Shown piece by piece: positions 40,229-48,313 of a stretch of 53,637 bases of DNA. The notes beneath the pieces were generated by a model that worked only from the letters and a program-made list of their open reading frames with translations, was not told the origin of the DNA and did not search any database. Positions within the stretch are counted from its first letter, which is position 1. Every line of letters begins with the position of its first letter. The position numbers and the translations under genes were made by a program. Origin of the DNA: Clostridia bacterium (lineage in GTDB: Bacteria; Bacillota; Clostridia; DUPQ01); NCBI GenBank assembly GCA_016929655.1, contig JAFGIJ010000094.1:1-53637 (forward strand), given 5' to 3'.

Positions 40229-41359
40229 TCATTTTTTACCCTGAATGTAATTCAGGATTTCTGTAAAATCCACTATGCTTCCATCAATCCGGGATATATC
40301 AGCAGCCAGTGCGGTGGCACTGGCAAGTATTCCTGCCTCAAGTTGATTGGGGAAATATTCATTTTCATAACATTTTCTGAAAAATTCACATAAGCCTATA
40401 TCTCCGCCGCCATGACTTCCGCCGGTATCTTTGGGTTTATAAATACCATTGGGTTTACCCTTACATTCGAGTAAAACTTCCTGGGTTTCAAACTCACCTT
40501 TAATCAATCCTTTTTCACCATGAATTCTGATTGTTCTGTTTCCTTTTGATGAATGCATTGTCAATGTAAAAACTGCTGTAATGTTGTTCTCAAACAATAT
40601 ATTCACAGACTGGTGGTCGACAATATCAGATTCTATGTTGAATGGACAGATTCGCGCATCTACTGATGAAAAGACATACGCACTTTCATCAACATATATG
40701 CATTTGCCGAACTCCGGGCAGTCTTTGCTGCATATAGGCAATCCTCTTTTCCTTTTAAAGAGCATGTTGTTTCCAAAGGATGAGATTCTTTTAGGAAAAG
40801 CTCCGGCAACAATATTTATGATATCCATATCATGGCTGCACTTGGTATTAAGCATACCTCCGCTTAAACGACTTTCCCTATGCCACCTTCTGAAAAATTT
40901 GGCAGCATGCAACTCACCAAGAGTTTCCGATGCTTCTATGGAGACCAACGGACCGATTACCCCTTCTTCAATCAGTTCAATTATCTTCCTGTACATGAAG
41001 GTATAACGAAGGCCAAATCCAAGTACTATTCCATATTTATAATCTGACGCAATTTCATACAACTTTTTCAGAGCATCAAGACTGACTTCAACCGGCTTTT
41101 CAAGGAGTATGGGCTTTTTCTTTGTGACAGCCCATTCCATGACCTCCAGATGTGTATGATCGGGTGAAGCAACTATTATTGCATCAAAATAATCAGTGTT
41201 TTTGTAATCATTTACCATTACTGCATTTATCAAATTATATCTTTCAATCAACAACGGAGGTTTTTTTATATCGGGATCATAGACATAGGTGATATCCTCA
41301 TTGAAATAACCTGCGTATGCAGTTGCTCTGTTACCACTGCCAATCAATAGAATCCTCAT
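40229..41359 (-). CDS. Gfo/Idh/MocA family oxidoreductase paralog with a Cys-rich insert
   Basis: MRILLIGSGNRA Rossmann start and EKPVE motif. The ATG at 41359 lies 1 nt after the aroK stop. An alternative ATG at 41371 lies inside aroK. Confidence 0.7.
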   Translation of the reverse strand: MRILLIGSGNRATAYAGYFNEDITYVYDPDIKKPPLLIERYNLINAVMVNDYKNTDYFDAIIVASPDHTHLEVMEWAVTKKKPILLEKPVEVSLDALKKLYEIASDYKYGIVLGFGLRYTFMYRKIIELIEEGVIGPLVSIEASETLGELHAAKFFRRWHRESRLSGGMLNTKCSHDMDIINIVAGAFPKRISSFGNNMLFKRKRGLPICSKDCPEFGKCIYVDESAYVFSSVDARICPFNIESDIVDHQSVNILFENNITAVFTLTMHSSKGNRTIRIHGEKGLIKGEFETQEVLLECKGKPNGIYKPKDTGGSHGGGDIGLCEFFRKCYENEYFPNQLEAGILASATALAADISRIDGSIVDFTEILNYIQGKK

Positions 41360-41360
41360 A

Positions 41361-41864
41361 TCATACACCATACTTAATTTTGTTTATTACATCAATGACA
41401 GAATCAATGCATTCACTGACACTGCCATTGTTGAAAACAGTAAAATCCATGGACTCTCTATATATCCCATATCGTTCTTTATATAATTTTTCCAGCATAC
41501 CGGGCTTGTTCCTTACCATTGGTCTGTTTGATTCATCAATGGAAGCCTTGATCTTATCAATATCCCTGTCAATGAAAATTACAGTTCCTTTTTTGGCTGC
41601 TTCCCTGTTTGGTTTTATTCCAAGAATTCCACCACCGGTTGAAATTACTATATCTTCCATTTCCAATGCAGTCATAAACTCCCGGCTTTCATATTCTCTG
41701 AATCTCCCTTCACCTGCTTCATTAAAAATATCTGAAATTTTTCCATACTTTTCTTCAATCACTGCATCCAGGTCGATGAATTTAAGATTGGTTTTTTCAG
41801 CAACTGACTTTCCAATGGTGGTTTTACCCGAACCGGACATACCTACAAGAATGAATTTACTCAT
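41361..41864 (-). CDS. aroK: Shikimate kinase
   Basis: P-loop GMSGSGKTTIGK 8 aa from the ATG at 41864. GGG region. The start overlaps the aroE stop by 8 nt. Confidence 0.85.
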   Translation of the reverse strand: MSKFILVGMSGSGKTTIGKSVAEKTNLKFIDLDAVIEEKYGKISDIFNEAGEGRFREYESREFMTALEMEDIVISTGGGILGIKPNREAAKKGTVIFIDRDIDKIKASIDESNRPMVRNKPGMLEKLYKERYGIYRESMDFTVFNNGSVSECIDSVIDVINKIKYGV

Positions 41865-42639
41865 TGTTATTCTCCATCCAGTTGTATATTTCAAGTATCA
41901 AATCCTGCGAAAATACAGTATTTCTCCATATTTCCTGTGCTTTTATTGCTTGTGCGACCAGCATCAGGAGTCCATTGGCTGTTTTTAATCCCAAGCGTTG
42001 TGCATTCTTCAGGAGCAGTGTTTTTGAAGGATTGTATATCAAGTCAATCACAACCTTGAATTTACTGATATCATCATCCCCAATGGCACAGGAACCAATA
42101 TTAGGAAACATTCCCACAGGAGTTGTATTTACAAGACCATATCCGCCTTCTATATCATCATATGGAATAAATATACCGTCCTTTTTTGTGCGGCTGGCTA
42201 TCTTTATTTCATTGGCCCCCATATCTCCAAGAACAGACATGACACTCCTGGAAGAACCTCCCGACCCCAGTATGGTCCAGTTGTTATTTTTCACACAGAT
42301 TTCTGCCATATTCAATGTTGTTCTAAACCCAAAGTAATCTGTATTATATGCATGTATTCTGCCATTGTTGAAAAAAAGTGTATTAGAAGCACCTATCCTG
42401 CCTGCTTCGTCTGAAACAAAGTCAGCCAGTCCAAGTGCTTCAACTTTATACGGTATTGTAATATTAACACCTTTATAGCCACTCACAGACAATTCCCTTA
42501 TCCTTGCAGCCAGATCAACTGCATTTGGAACTTCTATTAGGTCATAAGAACCTTCAAGACCTGTAATCCTGTGAAAATGATCGTGTATTATCCTGGAATA
42601 GCTGTGTCCCAATGCTGCACCAATCAAACCAAATTTCAT
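41857..42639 (-). CDS. aroE: Shikimate dehydrogenase
   Basis: GLIGAALGHSYS N-terminus, NITIPYK, NTDYFG, GSGGSSR. The ATG at 42639 follows GAGGTG just after the pheA stop. Confidence 0.85.
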   Translation of the reverse strand: MKFGLIGAALGHSYSRIIHDHFHRITGLEGSYDLIEVPNAVDLAARIRELSVSGYKGVNITIPYKVEALGLADFVSDEAGRIGASNTLFFNNGRIHAYNTDYFGFRTTLNMAEICVKNNNWTILGSGGSSRSVMSVLGDMGANEIKIASRTKKDGIFIPYDDIEGGYGLVNTTPVGMFPNIGSCAIGDDDISKFKVVIDLIYNPSKTLLLKNAQRLGLKTANGLLMLVAQAIKAQEIWRNTVFSQDLILEIYNWMENNNE

Positions 42640-42646
42640 TCTCACC

Positions 42647-43765
42647 TCACATAACCTTGTAAGAGCCCAGTAATCTGAAATACCCACAGGATTCCCTGGC
42701 TTTTTCAAGAGCTTTCATAATATTTTCATCAGAAGTATTTCCATTGAAATCCAGATAAAAAAAGTACTCAAAACTCCTTCTCGGATTTGGTCTGGATTCT
42801 ATCCTCGTTATATTTATTTCATTTTCATAGAAAGGCTCCAGCATCTTATACAATGCTCCTGGTGTATGGTTTGATGTAAAAAGGATACTTGTCTTTGTTG
42901 CATCAGCCAACGGAGTTGAATCTGCACTAATTACTATGAATCGAGTCTTGTTTTTGGAATTATCCTGGATATTTTCCCTGATAATATCGAGTCCATATAA
43001 TTCAGCACAACGCTTTGAAGCTATGGCTCCGTTTTCACCCCTGCCCCATAAAGCAACATCCCTTGCTGCAAATGCAGTATTCTGATAAGAGCATTCAGTC
43101 AGTTGTGTGTTTTCACTGAAAAAACCGGAACACTGCCCCAGTGCCTGCGGGTGTGAATATACATATTTAATGTCTCTCAGCATAGATCCCTTGATTCCCA
43201 ACAGGCAATGTTCTATCCTTATTTCTGTTTCAGCTCTGATATATAAATCGTAATCCCTCATCATATCAGTAACAGCATTAACGCCGCCGGTAGATGAGTT
43301 TTCAAAAGGAACGACCCCACAGGAAAGTTCTCCATTTGAAATCGCTTCAAACAAATCAGAAAGCCTGGCATAGGCTTTTGCTTTGGTTTTTTCACCATAT
43401 ATCCATGCAAATGCCTGTTCAGTGTACGAGCCCTGTGCTCCTTGATAACCGGCTAGTCCCCATTCTTCCAGTTTCAGATGACTGATCTGCCTGTTACTGC
43501 ATATAAGATCCTTCTGATATTTCTTGGATACCTCCATCAAATCCTTGGTAAACTCCACTGCATATGGATCAAGGCTGTGGTCACAAATAGCAGCTATTAC
43601 ATTGTCAATAACAGCCAGTTCCCTTGCCGGATTATATACAGCAGAACCTGAATCTCCCTTTAAAAGCGCTATTTCTTTTACAAGATTCATTCTTCTTTCA
43701 AACAGCCTTGCCAAGTCATTGTCAACACTGTTGATCAATTTTCTTTTTTCTTCGAGACTTTCCAT
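42647..43765 (-). CDS. pheA: Bifunctional chorismate mutase / prephenate dehydratase (P-protein)
   Basis: 372 aa. N-terminal AroQ-type CM helix pattern (R..ID.LD..L..L...R-like), a PDT domain (GYQGAQGSYTEQA, TRF) and a C-terminal ACT-like domain (ESRP). Confidence 0.85.
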   Translation of the reverse strand: MESLEEKRKLINSVDNDLARLFERRMNLVKEIALLKGDSGSAVYNPARELAVIDNVIAAICDHSLDPYAVEFTKDLMEVSKKYQKDLICSNRQISHLKLEEWGLAGYQGAQGSYTEQAFAWIYGEKTKAKAYARLSDLFEAISNGELSCGVVPFENSSTGGVNAVTDMMRDYDLYIRAETEIRIEHCLLGIKGSMLRDIKYVYSHPQALGQCSGFFSENTQLTECSYQNTAFAARDVALWGRGENGAIASKRCAELYGLDIIRENIQDNSKNKTRFIVISADSTPLADATKTSILFTSNHTPGALYKMLEPFYENEINITRIESRPNPRRSFEYFFYLDFNGNTSDENIMKALEKARESCGYFRLLGSYKVM

Positions 43766-44842
43766 CTAACCCTCCAGCAGGCAGTCCATCAGGGCTAAGG
43801 CTGCACAGGATTCAATAACCGGAACAGCTCTGATGCCAATACAGGGATCATGCCGCCCTTTTATTACCAATTCAGTATTTTCCTTCTTAATAAGATCAAC
43901 GCTTCTTTGAGTTTTAGATATTGAGGAAGTCGGTTTCATACAGACTTTGAACACAATAGGCATTCCGTTTGAAATCCCGCCAAGTATTCCTCCCATATCG
44001 TTTTTGTAAGTCTTTACAATACCCTCTTCATAATAAAATTCGTCGTTGGAAATACTGCCCTTCATTCCGGACAGTTCAAATCCCCTGCCAAATTCGATTC
44101 CTTTAACACCTGGCACTCCAAAACAAATTCCTGCAATAGTACTCTCCAATGAATTGAATCCAGGTTCTCCTATTCCAGCTTTCAATCCATATACAACTGT
44201 CTCAATTTCGCTCCCAAGTGAATCCAGGTTCATCCTTGCATTGTTAAGAGCTTCTTCTGCCAGATCTGAAACCTTTGATTCAATGACCGGTAGTCTGTTT
44301 TTTCTGATTGATTCAAGCTGCATTTTGTCGAACTCCATCATATTCAATGAATTATCCTTAATTCCACCAATAGATTTTAAGTGTGAAACAATCTCTATGC
44401 CTTTTTCCCTAAGATAAGAAACTGCAATAGCTCCCGCAAAAGCAAGCGGTGCAGTAAGTCTGCCTGAAAATGCTCCACCTCCTCTGACATCATTGAATCC
44501 ATTGTATTTTATGAAAGCTGTATAATCAGAATGACCCGGTCTTGGAATATGTGAGATATTCCTATAATCAGATGATTTTGTGTCACTGTTCCTGATTATA
44601 CAGGTCAGAGGCATTCCCGTAGCAACCCCATCAAGTATACCGCTTAGAATTTCCGGCACATCTTCTTCACTGCGTCTGGTTACATGCCTTCCTGTTCCCG
44701 GTCTTCTTCTTTCCAGCATATCGCTTATCAATTCCATATCAAGGACAAGCCCTGCCGGCAATCCCTCAATGACAACGCCTATGGCCGGGCCATGTGATTC
44801 TCCGAAAATATTTATCCTAAGTCTTCGACCGAAACTACTCAT
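43766..44842 (-). CDS. aroC: Chorismate synthase
   Basis: 358 aa. GESHGPAIG, PRPGHSDY, GRHDPC signatures. Confidence 0.95.
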   Translation of the reverse strand: MSSFGRRLRINIFGESHGPAIGVVIEGLPAGLVLDMELISDMLERRRPGTGRHVTRRSEEDVPEILSGILDGVATGMPLTCIIRNSDTKSSDYRNISHIPRPGHSDYTAFIKYNGFNDVRGGGAFSGRLTAPLAFAGAIAVSYLREKGIEIVSHLKSIGGIKDNSLNMMEFDKMQLESIRKNRLPVIESKVSDLAEEALNNARMNLDSLGSEIETVVYGLKAGIGEPGFNSLESTIAGICFGVPGVKGIEFGRGFELSGMKGSISNDEFYYEEGIVKTYKNDMGGILGGISNGMPIVFKVCMKPTSSISKTQRSVDLIKKENTELVIKGRHDPCIGIRAVPVIESCAALALMDCLLEG

Positions 44843-46071
44843 GATATTCTACCTCCCACTTTTATTATATCCTTGAAAAAGTCCGGATAAGATTTATCTA
44901 TGCAACCAGCATTCTCAATTATTATATCTTCTGCAGACACACAGCTCAAAGTCGAAAAAGCCATTGCTATCCTGTGGTCATTGAAAGAGTTGATTTTTCC
45001 GCCTTTGATTTGCTTTTTGCCTGTAATTATCAATCCGTCTTTTAATTCAGCGGCTTTTATCCCAAGACTTTCCAATCCGTGGCAAACAGATCCTATTCTA
45101 TCGCTCTCTTTGTACCTAAGTCGTTGTCCGGTTATAGTTGTATTTACAGGTAATGTGGCAGCATATATTGCTATTGTAGGCATCAAATCCGGAAACTCAG
45201 AGGCATCAATATAATTGTCACAGACTCCTGACATATTTATGAGAATATCTTCAATTATTCTATCAGGCTGATATGATTTTTTATTGAGACCTTTCAATGA
45301 TATTTGTCCACCCATGTGGTTCATAGCTAAGAAATATGATGCATTCGACCAATCACCTTCGACTGTAATTTCATCAGCATGCAGTCCACATGACGCATCC
45401 AATACATAAGGATTATTACCTTCAACCCTTATCCCGAAATCTGACAGGACACCCTTGGTCAGATCAACATAGCCCCTGGATTCAAATTTTCCTGTTGCAA
45501 TAATTTCACCTTTCATGGAAGCTGCAGCCATTCCCATCATTAATCCGGAAATAAACTGGCTTGATACCGAAGAGTCTATTTCAAAATCATTACCTTTTAA
45601 ATTACCACTAAATTTCATTGGCAGATATCTTCCATCCCCAGGAACTGAATAGGTCATTCCATATTTATCAAAGAATTCAAGTGCATGCTGCATTGGTCTT
45701 TCAGGAAGTCTTCCACTGCCGCTAAGTATTGTTTCACCCCCGATTGCCGAAAAAATCATCGCCATAAATCTTAGGGTTGAACCCGATTCACGGCAATCAA
45801 TGCTCCTTTTATTGGATGTGTCTTTTTTGAATCCCCCCATCAATGCGGTTTTTCTATTATGATATCTGTTGCTGTCAACGATATTGATACTGCAACCGGC
45901 TGATTTCAAGGCTTCAATGGTTGCTGAAATATCCTCTGAAAGAACCAGGTTTTCGATTATACAATTATTTGCAGCAAATGCTCCGCATATAATCTTGCGG
46001 TGCCCATCACTTTTGGATGGCTGTGCATCTAATGTGCCTTTTGGATTGAATGGAGCAAGCCTCACATTCAT
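44839..46071 (-). CDS. aroA: 3-phosphoshikimate 1-carboxyvinyltransferase (EPSP synthase)
   Basis: 410 aa. PSKSDGHR-type N-terminus, LRYKESDR, DHRIAMAF. Confidence 0.9.
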   Translation of the reverse strand: MNVRLAPFNPKGTLDAQPSKSDGHRKIICGAFAANNCIIENLVLSEDISATIEALKSAGCSINIVDSNRYHNRKTALMGGFKKDTSNKRSIDCRESGSTLRFMAMIFSAIGGETILSGSGRLPERPMQHALEFFDKYGMTYSVPGDGRYLPMKFSGNLKGNDFEIDSSVSSQFISGLMMGMAAASMKGEIIATGKFESRGYVDLTKGVLSDFGIRVEGNNPYVLDASCGLHADEITVEGDWSNASYFLAMNHMGGQISLKGLNKKSYQPDRIIEDILINMSGVCDNYIDASEFPDLMPTIAIYAATLPVNTTITGQRLRYKESDRIGSVCHGLESLGIKAAELKDGLIITGKKQIKGGKINSFNDHRIAMAFSTLSCVSAEDIIIENAGCIDKSYPDFFKDIIKVGGRIS

Positions 46072-47099
46072 TTAGAATCCCCCATTCCAATGAACTCATC
46101 AAGGGTCATTTCCTTTATAATACCTTTTCCGATTTTTTCAATGAATACTGCTTTTAATAGTCCCTTGTTCATTTTTTTGTCCAGAATCATTGCCTGACCC
46201 AATTCTTTCATTGTCAGTTCAGTAGAAACAGGTAATCCCTGTGATTTAAGTAACTTAATCAATCTCTTTGCTGTACCTTTTTCGGTTATACCAGCTTTTT
46301 CTGATAATTGGACTGAAACAGCCATTCCTATGGATACAGCATCTCCATGGGATATAACTCCAAATCCTTTGACTTTTTCCAGTCCGTGGGCAATGGTATG
46401 GCCGAAATTCAGAATCATTCTTTTTCCTGTGTCAAGCTCATCACCCATGACATAAGCGAGTTTGATTCTGACACATTTCCCTATGGTATCTTCATCTATG
46501 CACATAGAATTTTCAAATGAATTGAATAACAATTCATCATGTATCGCTGCAGCCTTTATCATTTCTGACTTTCCCTGTCGTATTTCGCCTGGACCAAGTG
46601 TCTTTAGAAGTTCTGTATTGATATAAACACCACTTGGCTGTTTGAAGCATCCCGCAAGATTCTTGCCAGCTTTAAGATCAACTCCGGTTTTTCCTCCGAC
46701 AGAGCTGTCAACCTGTGATAGGAGAGTTGTCGGAACCTGATAATAGTCAATTCCTCTCATGAATATAGCTGCAGCAAAGCCCGCAATATCTCCACATACT
46801 CCTCCCCCGAAGGCAATGAAACAGTCTCCCCTGTTGATGCCTGCCATGGCTGCAGACTCCAGAACTTTTATAACAGTGCTTAAGTTTTTTTCTTCCTCGC
46901 CATGAACCGTAATAATACCTGCGTGTTCCCTGCCAATGGCTTCATGAAGCTTTCCACTGTGATATTTATATGCCAACTTATCTGCGACAATGAAATATCT
47001 TCCTTTTCTTTGTGTCAGTTCATGTCCAAGCACCTGCAATGAATCACGTGAAATGTGTATATCATAACTGCCGTTTTTAAGGTTTACAGGAATAACCAT
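46068..47099 (-). CDS. aroB: 3-dehydroquinate synthase
   Basis: 343 aa. GGGVCGDIAGFAA, the DSSVGGKTG region, FGHTIAH. Confidence 0.9.
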   Translation of the reverse strand: MVIPVNLKNGSYDIHISRDSLQVLGHELTQRKGRYFIVADKLAYKYHSGKLHEAIGREHAGIITVHGEEEKNLSTVIKVLESAAMAGINRGDCFIAFGGGVCGDIAGFAAAIFMRGIDYYQVPTTLLSQVDSSVGGKTGVDLKAGKNLAGCFKQPSGVYINTELLKTLGPGEIRQGKSEMIKAAAIHDELLFNSFENSMCIDEDTIGKCVRIKLAYVMGDELDTGKRMILNFGHTIAHGLEKVKGFGVISHGDAVSIGMAVSVQLSEKAGITEKGTAKRLIKLLKSQGLPVSTELTMKELGQAMILDKKMNKGLLKAVFIEKIGKGIIKEMTLDEFIGMGDSK

Positions 47100-48113
47100 T
47101 TAAATCCTCCTGCCTATTGCTCCTGATATTATTCTCAGGCTGTTCATAAGTTCACTGAATTCATCCGGCGTTATTGATTGATTGCCATCACTCAATGCAT
47201 GTTCGGGGTCATTGTGAACCTCTATCATTATACCATCTGTTCCTGCTGCTACAGCAGCCCTTGCCATTGGCATAACCATCCAACCCATACCAGTTGCATG
47301 GCTTGGATCTACAATTATGGGAAGATGTGAAACTCTCTTTATTGCCGGCACTGCACTTACATCCAGGGTGTTCCTGGTGAATTTTTCAAAGGTTCTGATA
47401 CCCCTTTCACAAAGAATCACCTGAGTATTACCCTCAGACATAATGTACTCTGCTGACATAAGCCATTCTTCTATAGTCGCCGACAGACCTCTTTTTAAAA
47501 GAATTGGTTTATTTGTTTTTCCAAGTTCCTTGAGCAACATGAAATTCTGCATGTTCCTTGCACCAACCTGAATGAGGTCAATATCCCTGGCAAACCTCTC
47601 AACCATATTTTCTGATAATATTTCCGAAACAATCGGCAGACCTGTTGCTTTTTTAGCCAAAACCAGAAGTTCTATCCCTTCATAACCTAGTCCCTGAAAG
47701 CTATAGGGAGATGTTCTGGGTTTGAAAGCACCGCCTCTTAAAAAATCTGCACCAGCAGCCTTGACTTTTTGAGCAACCTCAACAATCTGGTCTTCGGTTT
47801 CAACTGAACACGGACCCGCAATAACCGCAATTTTACCTCCGCCTATCTCTTTCCCATCAACTTTCACTATGGTACTTTTTGGGTGAAAAAGTCTGTTGGC
47901 CCGTTTGAAAGGTTCCTGTATTCTCATGGCTTTGTGAACTATTTCATTGATCATAAGTGAATCAATGTCCATGGTACTGGTATCACCGACCAATCCCAGG
48001 ATTGTGTAATCACTGCCAACTACTTTCTCAACCGTAAGACCCTTCTTTTCAATCTCATAGATGAGTTGTTCTATTCTTTGTGCAGAAGCATGAGGCTTCA
48101 ATACTATAACCAT
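47100..48113 (-). CDS. aroF: 3-deoxy-7-phosphoheptulonate (DAHP) synthase, type I-beta, with an N-terminal ferredoxin-like regulatory domain
   Basis: 337 aa. The N-terminal roughly 70 aa (MVIVLKPHAS...ILGLVGD) resemble the Thermotoga-type regulatory domain. The catalytic core has GPCSVE, KPRTSPYSFQG, DPSH. Confidence 0.9.
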   Translation of the reverse strand: MVIVLKPHASAQRIEQLIYEIEKKGLTVEKVVGSDYTILGLVGDTSTMDIDSLMINEIVHKAMRIQEPFKRANRLFHPKSTIVKVDGKEIGGGKIAVIAGPCSVETEDQIVEVAQKVKAAGADFLRGGAFKPRTSPYSFQGLGYEGIELLVLAKKATGLPIVSEILSENMVERFARDIDLIQVGARNMQNFMLLKELGKTNKPILLKRGLSATIEEWLMSAEYIMSEGNTQVILCERGIRTFEKFTRNTLDVSAVPAIKRVSHLPIIVDPSHATGMGWMVMPMARAAVAAGTDGIMIEVHNDPEHALSDGNQSITPDEFSELMNSLRIISGAIGRRI

Positions 48114-48138
48114 AATTTCCTCCTATAAGGATAAATTT

Positions 48139-48166
48139 AAAAACAGAGACTCTGTGAGCCTCTGTT
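48139..48166 (-). terminator. Attenuator terminator in the aro operon leader
   Basis: Minus strand: AACAGAGGCTC ACA GAGTCTCTGTT (11 bp including one G-U), followed by TTT AAATTT. About 15 nt before the aroF AGGAGG. Confidence 0.7.
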
Positions 48167-48195
48167 ATCTTAATGTGTACAAAACAGCATCGGGC

Positions 48196-48261
48196 TCACT
48201 TTACCAAGTCCGTAAAAAAGAATGAATAAAACTGTTTTGTGTTTCTTATGTTCATTTTCAT
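48196..48261 (-). CDS. Candidate aro operon leader peptide MKMNIRNTKQFYSFFFTDLVK
   Basis: 21 codons plus TGA. FYSFFF run (TTT TAT TCA TTC TTT TTT). AAGG lies 7 nt before the second ATG (48255). The stop codon is embedded in the antiterminator arm. Confidence 0.5.
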   Translation of the reverse strand: MKMNIRNTKQFYSFFFTDLVK

Positions 48262-48272
48262 ACCTTGCATTG

Positions 48273-48302
48273 ATATTACATCAGATTTTGTTGCATTGTC
48301 AA
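48273..48302 (-). promoter_or_regulatory. Sigma-A type promoter of the aro operon
   Basis: Minus strand: TTGACA (48302..48297), 18-nt spacer, TAATAT (48278..48273). Confidence 0.6.
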
Positions 48303-48313
48303 GTGTGCTTGAA

